64,000 bases of DNA from Limnochordia bacterium (GTDB lineage: Bacteria > Bacillota > Limnochordia > DUMW01): contig JALNWK010000012.1 of assembly GCA_023230925.1 (NCBI GenBank), positions 2,709 to 66,708 of the forward strand, read 5' to 3'. The translations under genes and the position numbers were made by a program. How positions within the stretch are numbered: position 1 is the first letter of the stretch; each line of letters opens with the position of its first letter. The notes under the pieces were generated by a model. The model did not search any database, was not told the origin of the DNA, and was given only the letters and a program-made list of their open reading frames with translations. Shown here piece by piece: positions 9,384-18,637 of this stretch.

Positions 9384-9833
9384 ATGCCTTTGATGCTAAT
9401 CAGTGCCTGCCTAGTGGGTATCAAATGCCGCTATGATGGTAAGAGCCAATGTAATAAGTTGGCGTGCAAACTAGTACAAGAAGGACGGGCTATACCCGTA
9501 TGCCCAGAGCAGCTTGGGGGGCTTTCTACGCCACGTGTCCCTTGCGAGATCAAAGGAACTGACGGCAAAGCGGTGCTACAGGGTCTCGCAAAGGTTGTAA
9601 GTAAAGACGGTGAAGATGTGACCAATTCTTTTGTTTTGGGCGCCATGGAGACTCTCAAATTGGCAGACCTAACAGGGATAAAGCAGGCCATTCTTAAAGA
9701 CAATAGCCCATCTTGTGGCTCTAGGATGATTCATGACGGGAGTTTCACGGGGAGTAAGAAACCGGGCATGGGTGTGACGGCCGCATTATTAGAAGGTAAA
9801 GGGATCCTGATCCTGACGGAACGCGATCTTTAA
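9384..9833 (+). CDS. DUF523 family protein (TudS-like, Cys-rich)
   Basis: The motifs LISACLVGIKCRYDG...VCPEQLGGLSTPR...SPSCG match the DUF523 signature. The start is placed at ATG 9384, preceded by GGAAGGA. The upstream part of the ORF (9270-9383) is unlikely to be coding. Confidence 0.8.
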   Translation: MPLMLISACLVGIKCRYDGKSQCNKLACKLVQEGRAIPVCPEQLGGLSTPRVPCEIKGTDGKAVLQGLAKVVSKDGEDVTNSFVLGAMETLKLADLTGIKQAILKDNSPSCGSRMIHDGSFTGSKKPGMGVTAALLEGKGILILTERDL

Positions 9834-9836
9834 GGG

Positions 9837-10979
9837 GTGCAAACATTGGGTAAGATCAATTGGTCTAAGCTTGACTTGAAAAAAGTGGGAATCCCCTTAC
9901 TTATTGTGATGGGACTCATCATCACTTTGTATTTGCTTGCTCGACTACTTAGTGCAGTAACAACTGAGATACTACCCTCGATAATCGTGTTGCTCCGTTA
10001 TGTTCTGATCAGTTTGATCCCATTTATTGTAGCTTTGATCTTGGCAGAACTGTTAGATCCAGTGGTTGGTTTTTTACAAAGCAGACTGAAGTTTCCCCGT
10101 TCCTTGGCTGTTTTACTCACTTTAGGCACCGTTATAGTAGTCTTCGGTTATATCCTGGTGATGATGTTTAGCAAGGTGATGACCGAACTGTGGGAACTTG
10201 CCAATCTACTGCCCCAATACCGGGTGGAGATCAGCGACTCCATCAATAATCTGCTGATTCAATACGAGGAATTTAGTAGCAACCTGCCAAAACCAGTCAG
10301 CGCCAAGATCCAGGAGACTATCGAGACCTTTGGCAAGTCTTTGGAGGGTACAGCCATACAGCTGGTAAATAGCATCCTCAATGCCCTTTCGGGGTTACCT
10401 TCCTCTATGTTTGTGATCGTGGTCATCTTCCTGGGAACATATATCATCAGCCGAGATAAGAATACCATTATTAATGCCATGACTCAGCTTACCCCGCGAA
10501 AATGGCGTGAACCATTGAACCTTTTGAGGGATCGGATCACAATTGATATCATCGGGTTAATCAAATCACAGCTCTTTTTCGTAGCTATTACAGTGGCGAT
10601 AGCTTCCTTTGGGTATTTCTTGATCGGCAGCCGCTATTGGTTGTTACTAGCTTTAGCCACCGGGATTTTGGACATCATTCCAGTAATTGGCCCAGGCTTT
10701 CTCATGCTACCGTGGGCTTTGTTCTCCTTCCTGCTCGGGCATCCGAAGGTCTCTGTTGGCCTAGTTGTGCTGTATCTAACAATCCTCATTGTTCGACAGG
10801 TAATCCAGCCCTATGTAATGGGAGACACCATCGGTGTCCATCCGCTAGCCATGTTGATCTCCATGTACGCCGGGATCGTGTTTTTTGGTCCCTGGGGTCT
10901 TCTTATTGGACCCGTTCTGGTGATTGTGATTAAGGCCATTGTTAGAACCTATGTAGCTTTACGAAAGGGCGAGGCCTGA
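9837..10979 (+). CDS. AI-2E family transporter (PerM/YtvI-like integral membrane protein)
   Basis: The product is 380 aa and polytopic, with the conserved C-terminal pattern ILDIIPVIGPG...P typical of the AI-2E/UPF0118 family. The start is ambiguous (GTG 9837 or TTG 9846). Confidence 0.8.
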   Translation: MQTLGKINWSKLDLKKVGIPLLIVMGLIITLYLLARLLSAVTTEILPSIIVLLRYVLISLIPFIVALILAELLDPVVGFLQSRLKFPRSLAVLLTLGTVIVVFGYILVMMFSKVMTELWELANLLPQYRVEISDSINNLLIQYEEFSSNLPKPVSAKIQETIETFGKSLEGTAIQLVNSILNALSGLPSSMFVIVVIFLGTYIISRDKNTIINAMTQLTPRKWREPLNLLRDRITIDIIGLIKSQLFFVAITVAIASFGYFLIGSRYWLLLALATGILDIIPVIGPGFLMLPWALFSFLLGHPKVSVGLVVLYLTILIVRQVIQPYVMGDTIGVHPLAMLISMYAGIVFFGPWGLLIGPVLVIVIKAIVRTYVALRKGEA

Positions 10980-10983
10980 GGAA

Positions 10984-11733
10984 TCACACAAACAAGTTGG
11001 TCCACCAGAAGATCAGTGTATCTCCCCAGAGGAAGACAATCCATCCTGCCACCGCGATAAACGGGCCAAAGGGTACACGGGTTGTTAGTGCCTGCTTTCC
11101 CCTCCGGACAAATAAGTGTATGTTGCTTATGAGACCGAATACGGCAGCTAGGAATAGTACTAGGAGGGCTTGGCCCGGTCCCGTGATGATACCTATATAC
11201 CCTAATAGTTTAGCATCACCCATACCAATGGACTTTGGGTAGATGAGGCGAATAAACAGGATTGTACCAAACCCAACAAGCCCCCCTAAAAGGGCAGGGG
11301 GTAGCATGTCAAGCTGCTTAAGCCCGTAATAGGCCAACCCAAAGGCTGCCCCCCCATAGGTTACTTTGTTGGGAATCAGCCCCGTCTCTTTGTCAATGAT
11401 CCCTGCTAATAGCAATAGAAGACCATTGACGCTAAACCACAGAAAAGAGGCGACTTCTCTAGTCATCCACCACGAGACTGGTAACCACACTCCCGCCAGT
11501 AATTCGACAATCAGATATCTAGTGGGAATGGCCCCGTGACAGTATCTACAGCGCCCTCGCAAACATAGATAGCTTAATACGGGCACAAGATCCAAGGCAC
11601 CCAATCGGTGTTTACATCTAGGACATGCCGAGGGAGGAAATACCATGGAGATCCGTCGGGGTAATCGGTAAATACAAGCATTCAGGAAACTACCGATAAC
11701 GCCGCCCGTGGCAAAAAGCAATAGATACAACAT
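10984..11733 (-). CDS. pilD: Prepilin peptidase / N-methyltransferase (A24 family)
   Basis: The N-terminus has Cys pairs (CPRCKHRL...CRYC). An aspartyl motif GMGDAKLLGYIG is present. The protein is polytopic and is the last gene of the pil operon. Confidence 0.92.
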   Translation of the reverse strand: MLYLLLFATGGVIGSFLNACIYRLPRRISMVFPPSACPRCKHRLGALDLVPVLSYLCLRGRCRYCHGAIPTRYLIVELLAGVWLPVSWWMTREVASFLWFSVNGLLLLLAGIIDKETGLIPNKVTYGGAAFGLAYYGLKQLDMLPPALLGGLVGFGTILFIRLIYPKSIGMGDAKLLGYIGIITGPGQALLVLFLAAVFGLISNIHLFVRRGKQALTTRVPFGPFIAVAGWIVFLWGDTLIFWWTNLFV

Positions 11734-11738
11734 ATCGA

Positions 11739-13721
11739 CTAAAACTCCACTCCCACATTAAAGCCTACCCCGGTACCCTCAGTCTTACCTGGGATAGCTG
11801 GAATTTTGGGTTCGTTGCGTAGGCAATAGGACCAGTATCCTTCAAGAATAAAGCCTTCAGAGCGAAAGCGCAGCCCCGAACTTGTGTAGACTGAATAACC
11901 AGTTTCCTGTCCAGCGGTCAAATAGTATAAGCCCAGTTCCGCCCAAGCGGGTTCGTACATACGTCGTACTCCGGCACCAATACCCCAGCTTAGATCACCC
12001 ACGCAACCAAGAAAGGAATAGACCCAAGGATTAGTCCGTCTTTCCAGCCTAAAATCAAGATTGCTTTTTGACAGACTTCCCAGATCAAGCAGCAGGGCAG
12101 TCTTATCTGGCTCAGCTGGTTGCAGTAGGGGAATTGCTATTTCCCCCTCGGGCACCACATCGAGCTTATCGTCGGTAACGATGTGGGGTACTAGGAATAT
12201 TAGCATCTCCATTTGCTTGGACTTGCTTGATTTAGTCTGAAACAATCCACCAAGCAAAGGCAACTGGGATAGGATCGGAAGTCCAACATCATCCTGGGAC
12301 TGTTCATCTTTTATCAACCCACCGATCATGAGGGGTTGTCCATCCTTGACCCGTACCTGGGTCTGTGCTTCTCTAGTACGGGTTTGGGGATAGCCTTGGG
12401 TAGTTGAGCCGGTCATACTGCTCACCTGGGTATCGACTTGAAGCGTAATGGTACCTTCACTACTGATCCGCGGAGTGATCTCGAGCAAAACACCGGATTC
12501 GAAGTAGTCAATGGTCTCTCTGACTGTATCTCCCACTTCGGTTTTCAATATGATCGGTATCCGATCCCCGATGAAAATTCGGGCCTTTTCCCCATCTATG
12601 GCGGCAATCTTAGGATGAGCAAGGAGGCGAGAATCACCTTGGGATAAGAGGGCGTCTAGGGCCACCTCCAGGTTGGGCCAATCGATATTTAGGGCAAAGG
12701 GCTTACCCCCATTGCTAGCTTCTATATTCGGTAGAGTCCAACTAAGGCCTAACTTAGCAATATCCTCCCTGGTTACTTCCTGAATCCGAGCCTCCACAAG
12801 GACCTGGTATCTGGGTTGGTCCAGTTCAGCCAGTACATTGGCGACAAGATCAACTAGGGAGGCTTGTCCCTTTAAAACGATGACCCGTTCCCCAAGGGTC
12901 TCCACAGCGATCTCCTCTCCGTAAATACTCATCACCACCTGGCGGGCCTTGTCAGCACTAATTTCGTTTAGCGAAATCACTCGATGGCTGGCAGGGTCCT
13001 GTTGCACCGGCCTAACCACCAAGACGTGATCCTCTAGGGTATAGGCAAATTGGAAGAACTCAGCTAGAAGCTCAAGGGCCTTCTGTGGTGGAATCGATGA
13101 CAGATCGGTGGTGAGGCTACCCTCAATCTGCCCAACCAAAAACAGGGTCCACCCTGCTTTATCCGCAATGGCCTTTAGTGTTTGTTCCACCGAAGCATTA
13201 TTTAGACTAGGTTGGGGTTGTCCTTGACCAAGTTCCGCCATGAGCTTATTTAAGATTGCCATTTGCTCCGCGGACGCATACACAATGATATGTCCTTGGA
13301 TTTCCTCAACCTCTAGGGAACCTATTATCAGGCTGGCTAAGTTCTTAGCATCTGGCAAGGAGATGTATTGGGGAGTCAATACATGGTACTCCTTGGATAC
13401 AAACTGCTCCGCAAGCCTCTCTGGACTTGCGATCACCAGAGTCTCCCCCACGATAGTGTACTGATACCCGGTGGTGCGAGCCACCAAATCAATGGCATCT
13501 AGTACTTCAATATTGGATAATTCCACCGTGACCGTTCCAGTAACACTTCGGTCGGTAATCACATTGAGCTTGCCGATACTAGCTAAGCTCTTGAATACCT
13601 GGAGCAAATCAGCATCTTGGAAGGAGAAGTTCACCAATGCATCCTGCGCCAAGGTCAGCGGAGCCAACAATACAAGAATTAAAGACCAAAGTAATCCATA
13701 AGTGAGAGGTTTTCGGGTCAT
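11739..13721 (-). CDS. pilQ: Type IV pilus secretin PilQ with a 142-aa C-terminal extension
   Basis: The protein has a signal peptide, repeated secretin N-domains and the secretin core hallmark GLPILSQLPLLGGLFQTKS. It ends ...GFNVGVEF. Confidence 0.9.
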   Translation of the reverse strand: MTRKPLTYGLLWSLILVLLAPLTLAQDALVNFSFQDADLLQVFKSLASIGKLNVITDRSVTGTVTVELSNIEVLDAIDLVARTTGYQYTIVGETLVIASPERLAEQFVSKEYHVLTPQYISLPDAKNLASLIIGSLEVEEIQGHIIVYASAEQMAILNKLMAELGQGQPQPSLNNASVEQTLKAIADKAGWTLFLVGQIEGSLTTDLSSIPPQKALELLAEFFQFAYTLEDHVLVVRPVQQDPASHRVISLNEISADKARQVVMSIYGEEIAVETLGERVIVLKGQASLVDLVANVLAELDQPRYQVLVEARIQEVTREDIAKLGLSWTLPNIEASNGGKPFALNIDWPNLEVALDALLSQGDSRLLAHPKIAAIDGEKARIFIGDRIPIILKTEVGDTVRETIDYFESGVLLEITPRISSEGTITLQVDTQVSSMTGSTTQGYPQTRTREAQTQVRVKDGQPLMIGGLIKDEQSQDDVGLPILSQLPLLGGLFQTKSSKSKQMEMLIFLVPHIVTDDKLDVVPEGEIAIPLLQPAEPDKTALLLDLGSLSKSNLDFRLERRTNPWVYSFLGCVGDLSWGIGAGVRRMYEPAWAELGLYYLTAGQETGYSVYTSSGLRFRSEGFILEGYWSYCLRNEPKIPAIPGKTEGTGVGFNVGVEF

Positions 13722-14842
13722 TGGAAACTACTCCCCCATACACCATAACGGAGGCAATTCTGTCCGTTACAGATCTCAACGTAGTTGCTAGTTACTTCGG
13801 TCACTTCATAGGTACCTAGTCTAATCCCCTGCCATAACAGTGTGTTTTTCCCGGCTACGTTTGCAATGGCTATATTTTGACTCGTTGATTCCACTATACC
13901 GTTAATGATAAGTTGGGGTCTGTCATATTGACCAATGAATTGTCCAAGCCGTTCGATTTCATTTTCTGGACCACGCACCAACAACACGTTAAGTTCATCA
14001 TTAAAGACTGCAGCAAGCCGGGGAGCCAAGACTTCCATGAAGGGTTTGAACTGGCTTGCCTTCATGAAACTCATCTGGAAAATCTTGATGGCTTCGGCGG
14101 TAGTCACCGGACTGCCCGTGTCCTTCGGATAGACAAAAAGTATCTCTCCTTCAATCCGGTAATCTAGTCCCATTTTTTGGGCAACTAGGGCAATTCCATC
14201 TACTGGTTCACGGCCCGTCAGATACATGGTGACTTTGGCGTCCACAGAAGGATCCATAATAAGGCTCAAACCAGCCTCTTTGGCCAAGGTCTGAAACACC
14301 TTAAAGATAGGCTCATCTTCCCATTCATACTCCAGGGTACGGGGTTGGTCAATTCTCTGTAAGATTTCCTCTATTGACAGTAGCACTGGCTGCTCAGCCT
14401 TAAGGATTAAGCTGTTACCAATATAGTCAGGAAAGACCTGGACATTGATGCCAAGGCTCTTAAATGCCTCTATTGCCATATCGGGCTGGATATGTGTTAA
14501 CGGCAGATTCATCAACTTCTCGACGGCAAAGTCGCTTTCTATCCTGCTAGGCGTGGCTACAACCAATGTGTTATATACCATGCGGTATGCTAGTCCCTTG
14601 GTACGGGCGATGAGATCCACGGCCTCCATCACCTCGAGTTCCTTTAGGGAAAGGGAAACGGTGCCATGTACTGATTCATCGGCGATTATGTTAAACCCTC
14701 CGATCTCGCCTAAGGCCTGAAATACGTCGAGGAGATCGGCTGATTCAAACTTCATATTTAGTGACGTAGCTCCCCAAGCAATCGATGAAACGAAGATTAC
14801 AAAAGCAACAGATAAAATACATGTTCTCTTTTTCATAGGCAA
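13718..14842 (-). CDS. Secretin N-domain-containing accessory protein (paralogous to the PilQ N-terminus)
   Basis: The protein has a signal peptide. The segment ADLLDVFQALGEIGGFNIIADESVHGTVSLSLKELEVMEAVDLIARTKGLAYRMVYNTLVVATPSRI aligns with ADLLQVFKSLASIGKLNVITDRSVTGTVTVELSNIEVLDAIDLVARTTGYQYTIVGETLVIASPERL of PilQ. The stop overlaps the pilQ start (ATGA). Confidence 0.7.
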   Translation of the reverse strand: MPMKKRTCILSVAFVIFVSSIAWGATSLNMKFESADLLDVFQALGEIGGFNIIADESVHGTVSLSLKELEVMEAVDLIARTKGLAYRMVYNTLVVATPSRIESDFAVEKLMNLPLTHIQPDMAIEAFKSLGINVQVFPDYIGNSLILKAEQPVLLSIEEILQRIDQPRTLEYEWEDEPIFKVFQTLAKEAGLSLIMDPSVDAKVTMYLTGREPVDGIALVAQKMGLDYRIEGEILFVYPKDTGSPVTTAEAIKIFQMSFMKASQFKPFMEVLAPRLAAVFNDELNVLLVRGPENEIERLGQFIGQYDRPQLIINGIVESTSQNIAIANVAGKNTLLWQGIRLGTYEVTEVTSNYVEICNGQNCLRYGVWGSSFQ

Positions 14843-14911
14843 ACTCCCCTTTCAAGTAATCATATGTATGAAAAGCCAGCAAAGACCTGTGTCAAGACAT
14901 CTCCACAAAAC

Positions 14912-15805
14912 TCACTTAGTACTGTTGCCTCGAATAAAGACAAAGGGGCCTTTTTCAGATAGACCCAATGCAACGTAATCTGGGCCGATCATCTGAACTA
15001 TTAGGTCATGGAAATCCTGTCCCTTGGTAATAAGCTGGGTCTTCCCATTCACGTCTACTAAAGCATATTTCTTGTTTTCGTCCATAATGACTCCCACAAG
15101 CCGGATTTTTCCATCTACTAACCGTTCTTCAACCTTTCCTAAAGATAGCTTTAGTGCAAGCTGTTCATCCGGCGCAAAGATATCTCGCATATACAGTTCC
15201 AATGGCTTCTCCGCTGGAAAGCGCCAATCTAAATCCTTGTTTGGAATTGAATAAAGATAAACATTAAGCCTGGTTTTTACTTCACCGGGATTGTCATACA
15301 CCCCAAGATATCCGGATGTAACTCGCACACTTGGAAATAATGTAAATAGATCGTGAGCTATCCTCACCGCTGTCTCAAAATCCGATGTATAGTCTAGGGT
15401 AATCTGGGTTCGTGTATAATAGTTCAGGCGCTCCAGATTACTATGACGGACATCAGTAAGGACAGCATCACTATTTTTGAGCCAGTACTTCAGCCAGCTG
15501 AGTAAAGCAGGGACCTCCTCATCCTTTGGAAACATGACTGCTAAATCAGCTACCTTGGCTTCTAATTCCTTCACCTCTTCTTTTAGTTCTCCAACCTGTC
15601 GTCCAACCGTCATCTTAACCGCCAAAAACTGCTCCTCTTGTTTGACCCTTAACTCTAGATCCCGCAACTCCCTCCTTTGGGAGACTGCCTTAACAGCTCC
15701 GAGAGACAAGAGTCCAATGCACAATATGAGGGCAATTATCCACCCATTGCGTCCTACGAATGGTACATACGAATCTGTCTTTTGTAACCCAACCCGACCT
15801 CTCAA
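14912..15805 (-). CDS. PilO-like protein with a C-terminal PilP-like domain (putative fusion)
   Basis: The protein has an N-terminal TM helix and a coiled coil. The C-terminus has an RDIF motif followed by IRLVGVIMDENKKYALVDVNGKTQLITKGQDF, resembling the PilP beta-domain pattern. The start is TTG, with GGAGG 8 nt upstream. Confidence 0.6.
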   Translation of the reverse strand: MRGRVGLQKTDSYVPFVGRNGWIIALILCIGLLSLGAVKAVSQRRELRDLELRVKQEEQFLAVKMTVGRQVGELKEEVKELEAKVADLAVMFPKDEEVPALLSWLKYWLKNSDAVLTDVRHSNLERLNYYTRTQITLDYTSDFETAVRIAHDLFTLFPSVRVTSGYLGVYDNPGEVKTRLNVYLYSIPNKDLDWRFPAEKPLELYMRDIFAPDEQLALKLSLGKVEERLVDGKIRLVGVIMDENKKYALVDVNGKTQLITKGQDFHDLIVQMIGPDYVALGLSEKGPFVFIRGNSTK

Positions 15806-15810
15806 AGCAG

Positions 15811-16368
15811 TTAACCTCCATATCCCAAATCGTATCGGAACTGGTAAAAAGTCTGCCCGCCCACAGTATACTCCTCTATTTCCTTCAAATTCACCTGGAA
15901 ACCTGTAAATGCTGCACCTAGACTTTGCCCAAAGGACATGGCACTTTCAAAATTAGAGGATATACCTTCAATAAGTAATCGTTCTGGGACAAACGATACG
16001 TTTTGAATCCAGATACCCACAGGTCTCACCTGCGATACCTGATGAAGTATGTGTTCCATTTCTGTAGGATCTATGGTTTGTTCACTAGATAATAGCCCAC
16101 TTAGAGTGGCTATCGTATTTTGTAGTTCTTCCCGTTGGTCACGCAAGCTGCTTAGTTCCTGATTGCTTGAATCTAACTGACGGGACTGACTCATAGCCGT
16201 ATCTAGCCTTGATTTCATGGTCCCGATGTTCTTACCAATTAATAGATTATATGCCCCCATCCATATGACTAAGGGAAGGGAAACAAAAACAAGGATCTTG
16301 ATCCAGTTAACCTTTGGTCGACGGGAGACTCGTTCATAGTCTGGAAGCAAATTATTCGAAAACGTCAT
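15811..16368 (-). CDS. pilN: Type IV pilus assembly protein PilN
   Basis: The protein has a short cytoplasmic N-terminus, one TM helix and a coiled coil, and follows pilM. The start ATG at 16368 overlaps the pilM stop (ATGA). The ORF track's N-terminal extension is rejected. Confidence 0.75.
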   Translation of the reverse strand: MTFSNNLLPDYERVSRRPKVNWIKILVFVSLPLVIWMGAYNLLIGKNIGTMKSRLDTAMSQSRQLDSSNQELSSLRDQREELQNTIATLSGLLSSEQTIDPTEMEHILHQVSQVRPVGIWIQNVSFVPERLLIEGISSNFESAMSFGQSLGAAFTGFQVNLKEIEEYTVGGQTFYQFRYDLGYGG

Positions 16369-17402
16369 CTTTCCTTCAACCCCCGATAGGCCAATGCAAA
16401 GGCAGGTACTAGCATCGGGCCCCACTCTTCAACTAGAACTGGTTTATCTATGGAAAGCTCAGCATAGGGATCAAGGATTCTTACTGGCAGATGTAGTGCA
16501 TCCTCTAATAGAGCTGCCATGTGAGGAAAGAGGGCCCCTCCGCCACAAATGAAAACTTCCTCCGCCACATCACCGATGGAATTAAGTCTTTGTTGAATAC
16601 GTTCATATTCCAGACTTTGCATAATACCGGTAACCATTTGGGAGGTCGTTTTTTTCATTTCCTCGCCATAAACCCCTTGATAATCCAATCCGTCATTGGA
16701 TAACGTATGCCTGGCTTGCTCCTGGGAAAGACCCTCATCCTTTGCTAGAGCGTCAACTAGGTTCTCACAACCTACAGGGATTAGGCGCCCTAATCGATGC
16801 CCATTGGCATTGCGAATTAAGATCTGGATGGACCGCGCACCCAAAATAATATGGCACAAAGGGGTAGTCCTTGGGAATATGTGGGGTAGGGATAGCAAAC
16901 CCATATCGATGATTTCCAATGATAGACCAGCACCCTTACATACATCGATATACCCATAAATCTGTGATTTACTTGCAGATACCACTAGTATTCTGGCCAG
17001 CTCCCCTGATTTGCCCTTGGTAAGGAGATGAAAATCGAAGAAGATATCTTCAAGGGGAGTGCTCTCATAGATAATTAACTCCTTTAATTCCCAAGCGATC
17101 GCCTGCTTCAACTCATTTCTGACCATTACCGGTAACTCGAGTTGGCGTAGATCCAGCCCGGCACCACTTATGGCTATGCACACACAGTCCCGCTTTGCCC
17201 TGTTTTTCTCAAAAAGCTCCGCAATCGCTCCTTCCAAAGTCTGTGGATCAACAACCACACCGGCTTCCAGGCAACCTGGGGGTGTCGATTGCACATCACA
17301 GCAAACTACCTCTATCGGTCCACGCCGTTTTTTCTGCAATTGGACTAGTTTCAGATATGAATGACCGATATCCAAACCCACTGCTGTTCGCAGCATATTC
17401 AT
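16365..17402 (-). CDS. pilM: Type IV pilus assembly protein PilM (actin-like ATPase fold)
   Basis: The N-terminus GLDIGHSYLKLVQL, the length of 345 aa and the position after pilC all fit PilM. Confidence 0.88.
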   Translation of the reverse strand: MNMLRTAVGLDIGHSYLKLVQLQKKRRGPIEVVCCDVQSTPPGCLEAGVVVDPQTLEGAIAELFEKNRAKRDCVCIAISGAGLDLRQLELPVMVRNELKQAIAWELKELIIYESTPLEDIFFDFHLLTKGKSGELARILVVSASKSQIYGYIDVCKGAGLSLEIIDMGLLSLPHIFPRTTPLCHIILGARSIQILIRNANGHRLGRLIPVGCENLVDALAKDEGLSQEQARHTLSNDGLDYQGVYGEEMKKTTSQMVTGIMQSLEYERIQQRLNSIGDVAEEVFICGGGALFPHMAALLEDALHLPVRILDPYAELSIDKPVLVEEWGPMLVPAFALAYRGLKER

Positions 17403-17410
17403 AATGCCTC

Positions 17411-18637
17411 CTAGGAGATTGCTGATGTAATCTGAAACATGGGTAAGACAATGGACATCGCGATAATCGCTACCACCACCGCCATCACTGCCAACATAAT
17501 CGGTTCAATCATGGCCGAGATATTGGTGGCCATATGCTCTAACTCCTCTTCGTAAAACTCGGCAACATGTCCTAAAACCTCACCAAGGGAGCCACTCTCC
17601 TCACCTATCTCGATCATTTGTTTCAGCAGGGGGGGAAAAGTGGTAGCCTGGCGCAAGGGAATCGCAATGCCCTGTCCCCTTTCTACTCCTTGCTTAGCCC
17701 TTCTCACATCTTGGGCAACTGCCTCATTCTCGATTACCTTAAGGCTCGCTTCTAGGGAACTAACCATTGGAACACCACTGTTAATCATTAGTCCAAGGGT
17801 CCTACAAAAACGACTGAAAATCATCCGGGACAGCATAGACCCGATAATAGGGACCCGCAAAAGCCAACCGTGTAGCTTTAGCTTGCCCTTGGGAGTTCTG
17901 GAGTACTGTCTGATTGCAAGCACTAAGCCGGCCAAACCAGCTAGGAGAGCGAACCACCACCTCATCAGCCAATCCCGCAGATCCAGGATAAATTGGGTCA
18001 ATGCCGGTAAGGAAACTCCGAACCCGGCATAAATCGAGGCAAACCTTGGTAGAACCACAAAAAGCACAATAAAGATCATCACCACTGCAAAAATAGAGAC
18101 CACTGTGGGATACATCAATGCCTGCTGAAGCTGGTTGCGCATTTTGTTCTGGCTTTCAAAATATCGGGACATGTTTTCTAGTACTTCATCTAAAGTCCCT
18201 GCCACCTCCCCGGTTTCGATCATATTCACGAAAATCGGAGGAAAAATCCGCTCATCACGAAAGGCATCAGCCAAACTCGAGCCACCACTTACCGCCCGCC
18301 GGGCCCGGGTTAAGGTCTCTTTAAGTTCCTTTTCCATGGACTGACTAGCAAGAAGATCTAAGGTGTTCACCATGGGTACCCCTGTCCTAACCAAAACGGC
18401 AAACTGTCGACAAAACAAGGACAAGGCCTTTATCTTTAGCCTTCTAGGTCCACCCAATTCCCTGTGCAGAAAGGATTTTTTTATCGGCTCTTCTTTCAAT
18501 TCTATTATGTAGTTTCCCTCTGTTTTAAGGGATTTGGCCGCCGTAATGCGATCTTCAGCCTCGATAGTACCAATGGAGATCTGACCATGGATGTTGCGTA
18601 CTTTATAGTTAAAGGACCTAGGCATCGAGTCGCTCAC
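17411..18637 (-). CDS. pilC: Type IV pilus platform protein PilC (GspF family)
   Basis: The product is 408 aa with a duplicated GspF-type domain and three TM segments, and the gene follows pilT. Confidence 0.9.
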   Translation of the reverse strand: MSDSMPRSFNYKVRNIHGQISIGTIEAEDRITAAKSLKTEGNYIIELKEEPIKKSFLHRELGGPRRLKIKALSLFCRQFAVLVRTGVPMVNTLDLLASQSMEKELKETLTRARRAVSGGSSLADAFRDERIFPPIFVNMIETGEVAGTLDEVLENMSRYFESQNKMRNQLQQALMYPTVVSIFAVVMIFIVLFVVLPRFASIYAGFGVSLPALTQFILDLRDWLMRWWFALLAGLAGLVLAIRQYSRTPKGKLKLHGWLLRVPIIGSMLSRMIFSRFCRTLGLMINSGVPMVSSLEASLKVIENEAVAQDVRRAKQGVERGQGIAIPLRQATTFPPLLKQMIEIGEESGSLGEVLGHVAEFYEEELEHMATNISAMIEPIMLAVMAVVVAIIAMSIVLPMFQITSAIS

